A stretch of DNA of 64,000 bases, taken from a virus. Below the pieces are notes generated by a model. The model was not told the origin of the DNA. It saw nothing but the letters and a program-made list of their open reading frames with translations, and ran no database searches. Position 1 is the stretch's first letter; each line of letters opens with the position of its first letter. Made by a program: the position numbers and the translations under genes. The DNA lies in the IMG/VR virus record IMGVR_UViG_3300037067_024426, one strand, 5' to 3'. This document shows positions 27,317 to 37,976 of this stretch, piece after piece.

Positions 27317-30300
27317 TTAAAGTCCAAAAAGACTAGCTAGAAACTGGAATTTCTGAGGATCAACACGAATTCCACGTTCCTCCGACAGAATAATCGTGCC
27401 ATTTGGACTAACTACTCTCAGTGGAGTATTTCCCTCTGCTAAAATACAAATTGCTTGAAGTTTTTTCGATACTTCTTCCGATAAAATAGTAGTCACAGTC
27501 CAACGAAGAATTACCTCATCTTCATTGATTTGTCTAGCTGTTCTCGTCTCCGTTTTTGTTGGAGACATCGATGTTGAAGAAGATGCTGGAGGATGAGAGG
27601 ATGCTGGAGGCTTCGAAGGCTTCGTTTCTTTTGCAGGAACTTCTATCCCATCAGCTCCACCGTGACCATTCTTACAACTCATCCCGCCAGGAGTCTCGAA
27701 CTGTGGCTCTTTACAAACTGAGCAGAGCGTTGGCTTAGAACCGGAATTTGACGCGAGACCAATATTAGATAAATCTAAATCGATATCGGATAAATCTATA
27801 TCCATATTAGTACCAGCTTCTTCAAGTTCTAAAGAACTCATACTATCAGAGATTTCCGGGGTTTGATTCTCTGATAACTGAGATTCATGTATTACAGGTC
27901 TTGATTTTGGTGGGAATGGCTGTTCCGATTCAGGATGTGGAGTTACCTCTGGTTCTACTGGAGTAGTTTGAACAACTGGCGCTGGCAACTCTGGAGCTTT
28001 TTGCGCTGTCTCAATTGCCGGAGCAGGAGGAGGTTGAACCCATTCAGTACCAGCAAGTTGAGCTGCTTTAATCCTATCACTCTCTTCAGGGAGAAGTCGA
28101 TAAATATAACCTTTTAAGAAATCAGGAATTTGTTGATAAACACGACCATCAACAAAATACTGATTTTTCTTCAGTTTACCTTTATAGTTACCGTTTTCAT
28201 CAATATCCGATTTCTTAGCGGGTTTGCCGTCAACCATCGCAAAATAATCGAATCGCGCTCTCCAATGGATATCAATACCTGGTTCCGTTTCGAGTGGGAC
28301 AACCCATTGTCTACCATGATTCTTCGGAAGTCTCCATGGTAACACCATCCACTCATCAAGTTTACGAGTCACCTCCATGAGATGCTCAGGTTTGACTTCA
28401 AACACAACTTCATCGTGAACAGTTAGAACGTATCGAACTCTATCTTCCCATCCAAGAGCTCGAATTTGCTTGTCAACATAACACATAGCAAATTTCAGAA
28501 TATCAGCTGAAGTTGCTTGAATCGTGTAATTGATAGCACAACGTTCTGCTTTTTTCTGTATTGCTCTTATCGGTGAATCGATCGTCGGAATTGGCATTCG
28601 ACGCCCGAATGCCGTATATACACATTTATGCTTTTTCGCAAATTTCTTTTGATGTTCAACATAGCCCATGAGACCAGGAAGACCCGTTCTCATGTTTTCC
28701 ATGTGACGACCACCGTCTTCTATTGAACAACCAACATTTCGTGAAATAGCTCCTGCACCACCACCGTAAATAACTGCAAAATTGCTTCTCTTACCGCGGT
28801 TTCTTTCATCTTTTGAAACCTCGGCTTTAGCAAAGAGAATTCGGGCAGTAATTGAATGTACGTCCCCGTCTTCGTGAAGGAATGATTTTGTCCAAAGTGG
28901 ATCTCCGGACATATTCGTAATAACACGAAGTTCTTCACCAGCGTAGTCAATTTTTAGGAGAAACCACCCCTTACGAGGGATGATTACAGTCCTGATTTGC
29001 TTGAATAACTCAGGTTTATCATCATCTGAATCTCGAGGGATACCTTGAAAGTTGATACCGGAATAACCATCTTCAATTTTGCCCGCTTTACTCGATAAAC
29101 GGGCAGTATCGGTACCGATCTGATTGAATGATGGTCTTACGTCACCGTATTTATCATGGCTCCTAGTCAGTTTTTCAATATATGAGCCATTCATTTTATC
29201 GTAATGACGATATTCTAGGATTAACTCAAATATACTTTCCGGTTTCTTTTCTTCAGTTGACTCATCATTATTCTTAGCTAAGTATTTCGGTCCATAGTGA
29301 CGGTGAAGAGACTTTAAGACTTCATCTTTTAACGAGTAGGTGATTTTTTCGCCACCCTCATCATCGTCATCATCGTCATCAGAGTTATCACTATAACTAA
29401 CAGAAAAACCACCCTCCTCTTGAATCATTTCAGGAGTTGGCTTAAGTTTCAATCCTTCGTTATCTGTGAAGAAGCAACCCGATAATTGAGTAGGAGACCC
29501 AACATTTAGGGATAACCAACGACCAGTTCTTCCCGTTTTTGATTCAATGAGCTCCCGAATACGATCTCCGGTTGTTCTCATTGCAGTAGTGCAATCGACA
29601 AATAACTGATTTACTCGATCAATATCAAGATGGACACGATTTCTTTCCATCTTTCGCATGACATTGGAGAAAGCTTTCTCGAGATCATAAATGTGCTCGT
29701 ATCCTTCAATTTTAGGACGTAGAGCATGATATAATTGATAAGTGAAGATTCCATCAGAACAACCGTATTCTTTACCTTCTTTCGGATGGAGCAAACCGAA
29801 ATTGTATCGCTCTTTATATCGTTTTAGTTGTTCTTTCTTTTCATCTGTGAAAAGTTCATCAAGTTCAACCATCTCAATGCCAAGATGCGTTTTCGTAAGA
29901 GGCTTGAGACCGGCAGGAAAGCTTTTTAGTGGACTAATGACTTTCGCAATGAAAAAAGTATCTTCAAATTCTTTATGTCTCCAAAATTCCTTCCCGGTTA
30001 CCGGGTAAAGCATTTCAGCGTCATATCTAGCATTATGAAAGATGATGCGACAGTTATAGACAAGTCGTGTAATTTCATCCCAAGATTCATCCCATGGGAG
30101 ATTACCGGAATCCTCTGGTTCATGGGCTAACGGAATGTAATATCCGTTTTTACCATCAAAAGACATGCAGAGACCAACTATTTTGTCAACAGTTCGAATC
30201 CCATGTTTTGTTATGCGACCGTCTTCAAAAAACTCATCGGGATATATCCGACTATCAACACCCGTTGATTCAACATCAAGAGAAGCAAGATTTCTGCTAA

Positions 30301-30418
30301 TACATATATCAACGAGTTTCTTGAGCTGGTCAATCCCAGTAACAATATGAAAATTGTATTGGTTAAACCATTCCCTATGGACTGTAACTCTATCGTCTAC
30401 TCTTTGAAGTCCAAGCAC
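27317..30418 (-). CDS. Family-A DNA polymerase (Pol I-like) with 3'-5' exonuclease domain and a roughly 300-aa C-terminal extension
   Basis: Exo I motif: LASLDVESTG. Motif A: LLKIDYAGEELRVITN. Motif B: RNRGKRSNFAVIYGGG. Motif C: VHDEVVFE. An acidic insert SDNSDDDDDDDEGGEK is present. The C-terminal extension has Pro-rich and Cys motifs. Confidence 0.9.
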   Translation of the reverse strand: MLGLQRVDDRVTVHREWFNQYNFHIVTGIDQLKKLVDICISRNLASLDVESTGVDSRIYPDEFFEDGRITKHGIRTVDKIVGLCMSFDGKNGYYIPLAHEPEDSGNLPWDESWDEITRLVYNCRIIFHNARYDAEMLYPVTGKEFWRHKEFEDTFFIAKVISPLKSFPAGLKPLTKTHLGIEMVELDELFTDEKKEQLKRYKERYNFGLLHPKEGKEYGCSDGIFTYQLYHALRPKIEGYEHIYDLEKAFSNVMRKMERNRVHLDIDRVNQLFVDCTTAMRTTGDRIRELIESKTGRTGRWLSLNVGSPTQLSGCFFTDNEGLKLKPTPEMIQEEGGFSVSYSDNSDDDDDDDEGGEKITYSLKDEVLKSLHRHYGPKYLAKNNDESTEEKKPESIFELILEYRHYDKMNGSYIEKLTRSHDKYGDVRPSFNQIGTDTARLSSKAGKIEDGYSGINFQGIPRDSDDDKPELFKQIRTVIIPRKGWFLLKIDYAGEELRVITNMSGDPLWTKSFLHEDGDVHSITARILFAKAEVSKDERNRGKRSNFAVIYGGGAGAISRNVGCSIEDGGRHMENMRTGLPGLMGYVEHQKKFAKKHKCVYTAFGRRMPIPTIDSPIRAIQKKAERCAINYTIQATSADILKFAMCYVDKQIRALGWEDRVRYVLTVHDEVVFEVKPEHLMEVTRKLDEWMVLPWRLPKNHGRQWVVPLETEPGIDIHWRARFDYFAMVDGKPAKKSDIDENGNYKGKLKKNQYFVDGRVYQQIPDFLKGYIYRLLPEESDRIKAAQLAGTEWVQPPPAPAIETAQKAPELPAPVVQTTPVEPEVTPHPESEQPFPPKSRPVIHESQLSENQTPEISDSMSSLELEEAGTNMDIDLSDIDLDLSNIGLASNSGSKPTLCSVCKEPQFETPGGMSCKNGHGGADGIEVPAKETKPSKPPASSHPPASSSTSMSPTKTETRTARQINEDEVILRWTVTTILSEEVSKKLQAICILAEGNTPLRVVSPNGTIILSEERGIRVDPQKFQFLASLFGL

Positions 30419-30435
30419 AACGGACTTTACAATGA

Positions 30436-31536
30436 ATGGTGTTCAAAATGAGTAGTAGGAATTACTACGAAGTTCTAGGCGTCACGAAAGACGTGAGTGA
30501 CGATGACTTAAGAAAAGCTTATAAAGCATTGGCTCTTAAGTTCCATCCAGACAGAAATCCGGATAACAAAGAAGCGGAAGCAAAATTCAAAGAAGCTACT
30601 GAAGCTTATTCGACACTCAGCGATACTGAAAAACGTCAGATTTATGACTTACAGTCCATGCCGAACCCATTTACTCGTGGATCACGGCCTCATGGATCAC
30701 GGCCTCCTTGGTCACCATTTGAGTCAATTGATCCAAATTCTATTTTCGATGAGTTCATGCGAACTCCAGGATTTAAAGTAAACACCGAGGATTCCCTGAA
30801 AGATCGCATAAGAAATGCGATGAAGGGCCGCGATGTTGAAATGGATATAACTATAACATTAGAAGAATCAATAGTTGGAGTTACCAAAGAAGTAAAAACA
30901 TCTACTGATTCAAATATTATGTGTGAAAAATGTAAAGGGACAAGAGCAAAACCAGGAACAAGAAAATTTCCATGTACCGCTTGTTCAGGATCAGGAAGAA
31001 ATTTCTATCAGGGCGGAAACAGTAAGTGTAAAGCTTGTCAGGGTCACGGGGATATCCCTTTCAATAAATGTGATCATTGTGGAGGGAAAGGGACAGTCAA
31101 AGGGACAAGAAATGTCTCCCTAAAAATTCCTGTCGGTATATCTGATGGACAAAAATTACGACTCGCTGGACAAGGTGGATTCGGTAATGGCGGTCCGCCC
31201 GGAGATTTGTATATAACAGTTAAAGTTACTGAGGACGATAACTTTGAACGAAAAGGGAATGATTTATGGACTAAATGTCAAGTCAGTCTATCCGATATTG
31301 TCAGGACAGGAAGAACGAAAGTAAAAACCATAACTGGCGATGAAGTATTCATTCAATTACCGAACGGATTCGTATCAGGCAATACGACTCTAAGAATTCA
31401 GGGCGCCGGAGTAAGACAGCCTGGTAGTGAACCAGGAAATTTATATGTCACTCTGAATCTTAGCGTACCGGCTATAAAAACAGCTAGAGCAAAAAAACTC
31501 CTTGAAGAGTTAGTAGATGAACTAGGCATATACTAG
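30436..31536 (+). CDS. dnaJ: DnaJ-type co-chaperone (J domain, four CxxCxGxG zinc-finger repeats, C-terminal domain)
   Basis: J domain: [33 protein letters not shown]. Zinc-finger repeats: [27 protein letters not shown] and CDHCGGKG. Confidence 0.9.
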   Translation: MVFKMSSRNYYEVLGVTKDVSDDDLRKAYKALALKFHPDRNPDNKEAEAKFKEATEAYSTLSDTEKRQIYDLQSMPNPFTRGSRPHGSRPPWSPFESIDPNSIFDEFMRTPGFKVNTEDSLKDRIRNAMKGRDVEMDITITLEESIVGVTKEVKTSTDSNIMCEKCKGTRAKPGTRKFPCTACSGSGRNFYQGGNSKCKACQGHGDIPFNKCDHCGGKGTVKGTRNVSLKIPVGISDGQKLRLAGQGGFGNGGPPGDLYITVKVTEDDNFERKGNDLWTKCQVSLSDIVRTGRTKVKTITGDEVFIQLPNGFVSGNTTLRIQGAGVRQPGSEPGNLYVTLNLSVPAIKTARAKKLLEELVDELGIY

Positions 31537-32019
31537 ATGACTCTTTTGTATGCCGAAAGAATTATGGATCAGTCTATCTTGAAAAGGATCGCTACTAAGG
31601 TAGCCGAAAGTGAAGTAATCCCTCAAGTTATAAGTGAGGATACTTTAACTCTTAAAGGTCCTTTCAAACCATATAAACTTGGAGATGAAACTGAAATTGA
31701 GAGAGACGATTTAACAATTACCTCTCCGGGATCAGAATTCACCAATGATGAAGACGGATATCATTTATTTTATATCGATTGCGAATTTGAAGTAGAACCT
31801 GCAGAGAGAGCGACTCATAATTCTCCTGGGAACCCCGGTAGTACACAGTTAATTGATTATCAAGTAGTAGCAATTGACGGATTCATATTATTGAATCCGG
31901 AAGATAGAGTAGCTGCCAAAGAAAAACTTGATTTATCCGATCATCAGATACATAAATTAGAAGAAAAATACGGAGAAGATGCCGCTGATCGTGCCGCCGA
32001 TGATTTTTATGAACCGTAA
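31537..32019 (+). CDS. Hypothetical acidic protein
   Basis: A 160-aa ORF. Confidence 0.45.
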   Translation: MTLLYAERIMDQSILKRIATKVAESEVIPQVISEDTLTLKGPFKPYKLGDETEIERDDLTITSPGSEFTNDEDGYHLFYIDCEFEVEPAERATHNSPGNPGSTQLIDYQVVAIDGFILLNPEDRVAAKEKLDLSDHQIHKLEEKYGEDAADRAADDFYEP

Positions 32020-32487
32020 TTATTGAACAATAATCACGTATCTTCCATCCCGCCATTCATGGATTATTGCTGTGGCAAGATGTTGAGCTAGAACAGCTTC
32101 CATGTACGGGAGATGATATTTTTTATCATCTATATTGAATTTCCAACAATGAGGGATTTTAGGTTTCCCTTTTTTCATTTTCCGAGTTGAGCACAACTCA
32201 CTATTGGCCATAGGACAGTCTTTTATCTCAGCACAAATATGCTCTTCTATCTTTATGAGACATCCTGTCGGTGATGTGCTTAATAATCCTTCAAGTTGTT
32301 TTGTCCCACCTATTTTAGCCAGTTCCAAAACATCCCGCGGGGCTTTCGTGCATCTATCGAGAATAGATGATATGGCTTTAACTATATTAATATCTCTTAA
32401 CTCAGAAAAAACTTCAGGATCGATCTCAGATACATGAATTATTTCGCCAGTATTGAGACTCAACTCATATTGTAAAGGGCTAGACAT
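32020..32487 (-). CDS. Hypothetical protein
   Basis: A 155-aa ORF. Confidence 0.45.
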   Translation of the reverse strand: MSSPLQYELSLNTGEIIHVSEIDPEVFSELRDINIVKAISSILDRCTKAPRDVLELAKIGGTKQLEGLLSTSPTGCLIKIEEHICAEIKDCPMANSELCSTRKMKKGKPKIPHCWKFNIDDKKYHLPYMEAVLAQHLATAIIHEWRDGRYVIIVQ

Positions 32488-32489
32488 TG

Positions 32490-33122
32490 TTAATCAAGTG
32501 AGATATTTGAAGAGACACATGAGTTCATTAAATCTCGTAACTTGGCCAATACTTCAACCATCTCCATAGTCTGAACACCTTTATTTTTATCAAGATCGTA
32601 CTGAACGACATCGAGAACACGACAAAATTTTATATAATCACTAAATGATGTAGTATCCTTAAGTCTAGAAAGTTTTCCTTCTAACATCGCTAAGACTCTT
32701 GGAACATCTTGCCAAGCATCAGAAATATACTTAGCGGAACTTTTGTCTTTCGGTTCCTCAATGGGAGGACCATCTGGTCTCTGTTCAACACGAATATTAT
32801 ATCTACGTTCTAGAGTTCGTAAAGCGTCCATGAAAGGGACGCCCTTGAACTTCATGAACAGATTTATTGAGTCCCAGCTCGCATGACAAGATCCCCAACA
32901 GTGGACATGGGATGCTATATTTCCATCTGATGGGTAATAACGAGCTGCCGGTGTTTTCGTATTTGGATGAAATGGACAAAATATTGAAATAGCAGTTTCT
33001 TCGTCAACAAGCTCTTCCCCATGACCATGTTCATGAAGACACTGATATGCTGAATACTTTTTTCGAACAGCTTCAAGACGCCGATGGAGCCATTGTTGCT
33101 GAGCAGTGTTTTTTTCACTCAT
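32490..33122 (-). CDS. Primase-type CHC2 zinc-finger protein (no TOPRIM domain recognised)
   Basis: CPFHPNTKTPAARYYPSDGNIASHVHCWGSCHASW compares with the DnaG zinc finger CPFHxExTPSF..HCFGCG. Confidence 0.55.
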   Translation of the reverse strand: MSEKNTAQQQWLHRRLEAVRKKYSAYQCLHEHGHGEELVDEETAISIFCPFHPNTKTPAARYYPSDGNIASHVHCWGSCHASWDSINLFMKFKGVPFMDALRTLERRYNIRVEQRPDGPPIEEPKDKSSAKYISDAWQDVPRVLAMLEGKLSRLKDTTSFSDYIKFCRVLDVVQYDLDKNKGVQTMEMVEVLAKLRDLMNSCVSSNISLD

Positions 33123-33166
33123 TACTTTTAACGTACGGTGGATAAATCATAGAAACAGAGCATGGC

Positions 33167-33400
33167 ATGAAACCAGCCACAATAAGTATTAAAAATCTTC
33201 GTCAACATCGATATCCAATAATTGATGCTGCAGTGGCTAAATTTCGAGCAGAAATTCAAGCAGCAGATGATCAAAGAGTTTGGGATGCCTTAGATAAAAT
33301 TGGGTATGAATGCAGTATCTGTAAAAAGGACATACGAAGAGACGATGTTCTATCCGATAACTGTCCTGAATGCACAATTCGATCTGTACTTGAAACCTGA
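33167..33400 (+). CDS. Small zinc-ribbon protein
   Basis: CSICKKD..CPEC. Confidence 0.35.
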   Translation: MKPATISIKNLRQHRYPIIDAAVAKFRAEIQAADDQRVWDALDKIGYECSICKKDIRRDDVLSDNCPECTIRSVLET

Positions 33401-34903
33401 TCAAGCAACAGCGTCATACATCATCTCAACACCACAACTTAGTACCTGAGCGGCTTTAACGATGTTATCTGCGTCAAGATCTAGCATTCCGGTTACGATA
33501 TCACGCATTCTCTTCGATTGCCAAATAATCTTGCCAACCATGCGATCGAAAATTGGATTATCTCGGTTCTTCAAATTTCCAAGATAGAATTTACCTTCAT
33601 TCCTGAGTACGTCATTCAAATATGTATAAGTGATGACGTCAGCAGATTTCTCAATTTCATTTGCATATGAAATAGCAGAAATATCATAACGTCCATCAGC
33701 TTTATCGGCTCGAATTTTCCCTTGCCTATTCATCTGCCAGAGCCCTAAAACAGGAACTCCTTTGCCTCGAGCAAAATTCAATGCCATGAGACGGGCATTC
33801 TTAACAACATCATTTTGTGTTGCCACGTTATCTGCAGAATAACGTTTAGGCGTGACAAGACCTAAGTGGTCAACAATTATTCCATCACACCCATATTTAT
33901 TATCAAACATTTCAGCTCGACGACGAATACCATCAATTGTGGCTTCATCATCTTTCTTCGGACGCCAAACATAAAGCTTGTTCTTAGTAGTCTCTTGAAA
34001 ATCTCGAGCTACTATTACAAGTCTTTCTTTGTCACGAGGAGAGAGCTCACCGTCACGAACTTTTCGATAATCTAAACCAGTATATCCATCTTCGTCATAC
34101 CATTCAGTAACAAATTTTCCGTTTGCTGAATGGATAACATAAAGTTGTCGACGAAGTTGACTGTACGGCATTTCAAGAATAGCATAAAAAATATTTTTAC
34201 CATATTTGACTACGTTGTTATATGCATAATTCAATGCTAACGTAGTCTTCAATTCTCCGACGAATGCAGTATGAATCCAAAATTCGCCGCGTCGATGACC
34301 CTTACAAACTGAATCAACTGGTTCAAGACCGAAAAGATTTCGATTCGAAAATTTATCGGTTTTTGCCGTTCTCTCATACTCAGCAAGTATTTCTTCACAG
34401 TCTTCAGTTATAATGCCCTCAAGTTTTTCACCGCCTTCAACTCGAGTGAAAGTGTGTAATCTTTCATAAAGATAATCAACAGCGTCAGAAACGCCGCGCA
34501 ATACTTTCTTATTCTTACCCTCTGTCGTTCTCCCGTGTTCAGCGATAGCACTTGCATCGCGACAAAGAATGATAAGATTTTTAGTTTGTTGAAGATCTTG
34601 CTCAGCTCGAACTTGAGAAAGAAAATTTGTTCTTATATATGGAACAGCTTTTATTATTTCTTCAAGACGATTTACTGTTTCAATCTCATCTTGTCTCTCA
34701 AAATGTTCCCTGACAAGAGAGATGTCAGGAGGAGATGACATTTGAGTATAAAATAATTTCAGATATTCTAAGATCTTCTTATCTTCTTCAGTATTATAAT
34801 TGATTTCATGCTCACAGTAAACTTGCCAGTTTCGTAAGCATTCATCGGATTCAGGATGCTCACCAACCTGAATAAGACTTCGGTAAACATTATCAATGGA
34901 CAT
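33401..34903 (-). CDS. DnaB-like replicative helicase (RecA-fold C-terminal domain) with an atypical Walker A
   Basis: AFVGELKTTLALNYAY compares with DnaB ARPxMGKTxFALN. A Walker-B-like segment DGIIVDHLGLV. In the P-loop a Leu replaces the Gly before Lys. Confidence 0.55.
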   Translation of the reverse strand: MSIDNVYRSLIQVGEHPESDECLRNWQVYCEHEINYNTEEDKKILEYLKLFYTQMSSPPDISLVREHFERQDEIETVNRLEEIIKAVPYIRTNFLSQVRAEQDLQQTKNLIILCRDASAIAEHGRTTEGKNKKVLRGVSDAVDYLYERLHTFTRVEGGEKLEGIITEDCEEILAEYERTAKTDKFSNRNLFGLEPVDSVCKGHRRGEFWIHTAFVGELKTTLALNYAYNNVVKYGKNIFYAILEMPYSQLRRQLYVIHSANGKFVTEWYDEDGYTGLDYRKVRDGELSPRDKERLVIVARDFQETTKNKLYVWRPKKDDEATIDGIRRRAEMFDNKYGCDGIIVDHLGLVTPKRYSADNVATQNDVVKNARLMALNFARGKGVPVLGLWQMNRQGKIRADKADGRYDISAISYANEIEKSADVITYTYLNDVLRNEGKFYLGNLKNRDNPIFDRMVGKIIWQSKRMRDIVTGMLDLDADNIVKAAQVLSCGVEMMYDAVA

Positions 34904-35745
34904 TAATCTCTACCCCTGAACTTCTTGGACTTATTTATACCACTACCGTAAGAAGAAAGAGCGCTGTCGATACCGTCATCGTCATCTGATGCTGATTGAA
35001 TTACTCTCTTACTCTCTTTCTTAATTTCAGTAGACGGAACGACACGAGGGGGTCGAGTATCTTCATCCGGTCTCCCGAGGTCAGGAGTGGCGAAAAATGC
35101 ATTAGTTGTTTCCGAATCAGTCTCGTTGATTTTTGGGACAAGGACTCTTGTAAACTCTCTAGCTATCAAATCGGCTACTCTTTTTGAATAGGATATACTA
35201 GTTGTACTAAACGGATCAGTTGGATCAGATACCAACCAAACCGGCTTTCCATAATCAACCCGAAGTTTTATAGAATCTTCAAGAACACCAGAAGCGGCTT
35301 TATTTGAATTTGATATGAAATTTAAGCGGACGACTAAAAGATCTGGCGGTATTACGAAATCAGCCAAACTATTGTAAATAACGCCTTCATAATCAACACT
35401 TCTTTGCTTCTTTGAAAGTGATCCAACGTAAACTTCTTTCAGATCAAGATCGTTAGTATCTCGAATAAATCTATTGCTAGTCATCAATAGAATTTTCAGG
35501 ATAGCTCTCACATCACTCCAATGAGCGATAAGAAATAAGTTGTCTTTCGTTTGATTAACTACCGAGAGACGAACATGTTCTTTCTTAACCGTAGCCCTCT
35601 TAAGATGTGGCGGCATTCCCGCCTGAATTCTTCTTAAGTATCCACACATACATTCATGTGGTACATCATCCTTCATGCACCATCCAACCCCGGTACATGG
35701 TTTGCACCATTCAATGTTGGATTCCGCCTTCGATGGAGTACTCAT
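34903..35745 (-). CDS. Hypothetical protein with an N-terminal Cys cluster
   Basis: CKPCTGVGWC..HECMCG. Its stop overlaps the SNF2 gene. Confidence 0.5.
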   Translation of the reverse strand: MSTPSKAESNIEWCKPCTGVGWCMKDDVPHECMCGYLRRIQAGMPPHLKRATVKKEHVRLSVVNQTKDNLFLIAHWSDVRAILKILLMTSNRFIRDTNDLDLKEVYVGSLSKKQRSVDYEGVIYNSLADFVIPPDLLVVRLNFISNSNKAASGVLEDSIKLRVDYGKPVWLVSDPTDPFSTTSISYSKRVADLIAREFTRVLVPKINETDSETTNAFFATPDLGRPDEDTRPPRVVPSTEIKKESKRVIQSASDDDDGIDSALSSYGSGINKSKKFRGRD

Positions 35746-37865
35746 ATGTCAGAAAAATCCAGATCTAAGTACAATCCGGCGGCCATTTTTGATGTAGCTG
35801 ATGCTGCAGAATTTTGCTTAGTATCTTTTTGAACAGGCTTCTGTTTCTTCGAAGAAGTAGAATGAATATGTTTCATCTTTTCTTTGGCACCTGCTCTATC
35901 ACCGGTTCTTTTTGCATCAAGAACGAGATTCATAACTTCTTTCACTAAATCTGATTCAGTGAATTGAAGTCCGCCTTTCAATGCTTCACCGGAAACAGAA
36001 TCGGCTAATTTTTTCTTTCCTCGAAGAATTTTAATGACATGATCATCTATTGTCTTTTCTCCATTCTGACGTCTGGCAACTAGATGAGTAATGAGAACGG
36101 TTAAATGCTTACTACCGATTCTCTGAGGACGACCGATAGTTTGAACATAATCGCCATAACTAAATGGGCTATCTACGAAAACAAGATGTTCAGTAGCCTG
36201 AAGATTCAAAGACTCTGAACCAGCACTAGTGATTAACATTACGTTAACACCAGAATCGGGGTCTTGATAAGTTCTTACATGTTCAGTACGAACTTTGGCA
36301 TTCGATTCTTTTCCAGTAATACGAGTGCAATTGATTTTTTCTTTCTTGAGACGAGCTTCTATCAAACTGATCATTCGCTCAAAAGCAGAAAAAACAAGTA
36401 CCTTTGCGTCTGGGTTTTCTTGAAGAATTTCGACAAGTTGGTCGATTTTTGAAGATTCGCCTTCAAAGGGTTTTCCTTCTTCATCAGCTAAAAGCTGTGG
36501 AGCATCACACGCCTGACGAATCATGGTCATCGTCTTCAGCGTTTGAGTATTATCGTCGTCCGGATTTGCTTCAGCTTCAGCAAGAAGTAATTCTGCTAAA
36601 TCATATAACTCTTCCTGCTCCGGAGAGAGTGTGCAAATAATTTCTCGAGTGATGAGCTCAGGAAGTTCTTTCGCAACATCATGTTTACGTCTCGAGAGAT
36701 AAAACGGCTCTACTTTTTGTACGAAAGCTTCAAGTTGCTCTTTAGAATGACCGACAACTACAGGAATTTGTCTACCGCCACCTATCCTCTGCATTTTCAT
36801 AACGCAATAATCACGTTGAAAATGAGTAACTTTCGGAAAAAGTTCTGGATAGATGATTCGAAATATAGCAAAGAATTCCATTAATCGATTCTTTACTGGG
36901 GTTGCTGTCATCCCAACAACTCTATTGAATGGTTTCGCAGCAATATAAAATAATTTATGAAGTTTTCCTTGATAATTCTTTAGAACATGTATCTCGTCAC
37001 AGACGAGCATCATTTTAGTATTCGGGTTCTTCTTCCTGAATTTTGCTAGATGTTTAAGGAGTCCTTCGGCTATCATCGGTGGCTCTACAGCATCTTTTGC
37101 CACCGCGATTGCCTTATCAGCTTCTTCCATACCATGTCGTAATGAAAGAACTTGAGCTAAAACAGCTTCATCTTCTGGTGTCCAATCACTAGGTGGTTTA
37201 GCTCGACAACCCATCTCTTCATCAGATGGTTTCAGTTTTTCAATTAAGAAATCCTTAGTTGCTTGATCTCTTCCATCAAATCTAGTTCTAAATTTAGTTT
37301 TCCAAGTAGCATAAGTTTCAGCTAAGGATTTTTTGAAGTCTTTAGCTTCTTTCAAGCGTTTCTTGTCATCTTTAGTCGGCTTTTGACTTCTATCTCGAAC
37401 TACAGATTGTTCTGCGTCTTTAAGAAAGGTGTCATAAGTCATGACAAGAAGACGCTTCTTAGATGGATCGTGATTGAAGAAGAAATCTTTGTAGATCTCA
37501 TCTCGTTCAAATGGTTCCCCATCTGAAACCACAACGGATATACCCGTCATAAATCTATTGGCTTCATCCCTCCATTGATATAAAGAAGACTTTCGAGTGA
37601 CGACAATAGGAACATAGTCCGGTTCAACTAACCAGACATATCCGATAACACTCAAAACTTCAAGTGTTTTTCCTAACCCCGTGTCGTCTCCAAGAAGACT
37701 TCTTGTAACCTGCAAGAGATTCATTATCCCTTGCGCTTGATAATTTCGAACTACGACATCTTTTTCAACGCCATATTCATCAATATACTTGCTTCTTAGA
37801 TAGGGACTTGGCTTAAGTTTTATGGATTCGTTAGTTCGAATTGCCCTGATATGTTCTATATCCAC
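35742..37865 (-). CDS. SNF2-family helicase / ATPase
   Basis: Motif I: LGDDTGLGKTLEVLSV. Motif II: LVCDEIHVLKN. The helicase C-terminal domain includes ..TSAGSESLNLQATEHLVFVDSPFSYGDYVQTIGRPQRIGSK. Confidence 0.85.
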   Translation of the reverse strand: MDIEHIRAIRTNESIKLKPSPYLRSKYIDEYGVEKDVVVRNYQAQGIMNLLQVTRSLLGDDTGLGKTLEVLSVIGYVWLVEPDYVPIVVTRKSSLYQWRDEANRFMTGISVVVSDGEPFERDEIYKDFFFNHDPSKKRLLVMTYDTFLKDAEQSVVRDRSQKPTKDDKKRLKEAKDFKKSLAETYATWKTKFRTRFDGRDQATKDFLIEKLKPSDEEMGCRAKPPSDWTPEDEAVLAQVLSLRHGMEEADKAIAVAKDAVEPPMIAEGLLKHLAKFRKKNPNTKMMLVCDEIHVLKNYQGKLHKLFYIAAKPFNRVVGMTATPVKNRLMEFFAIFRIIYPELFPKVTHFQRDYCVMKMQRIGGGRQIPVVVGHSKEQLEAFVQKVEPFYLSRRKHDVAKELPELITREIICTLSPEQEELYDLAELLLAEAEANPDDDNTQTLKTMTMIRQACDAPQLLADEEGKPFEGESSKIDQLVEILQENPDAKVLVFSAFERMISLIEARLKKEKINCTRITGKESNAKVRTEHVRTYQDPDSGVNVMLITSAGSESLNLQATEHLVFVDSPFSYGDYVQTIGRPQRIGSKHLTVLITHLVARRQNGEKTIDDHVIKILRGKKKLADSVSGEALKGGLQFTESDLVKEVMNLVLDAKRTGDRAGAKEKMKHIHSTSSKKQKPVQKDTKQNSAASATSKMAAGLYLDLDFSDI

Positions 37866-37976
37866 TTAAAAAACATACAGGAGAAGCTTATTCATGATAA
37901 CACGAGTCTCACAAGCCGACGAAAGCCCTTTTCTGACCTTCCGATATACTTTTTGATATGGACCGGCTAGTTTAGG

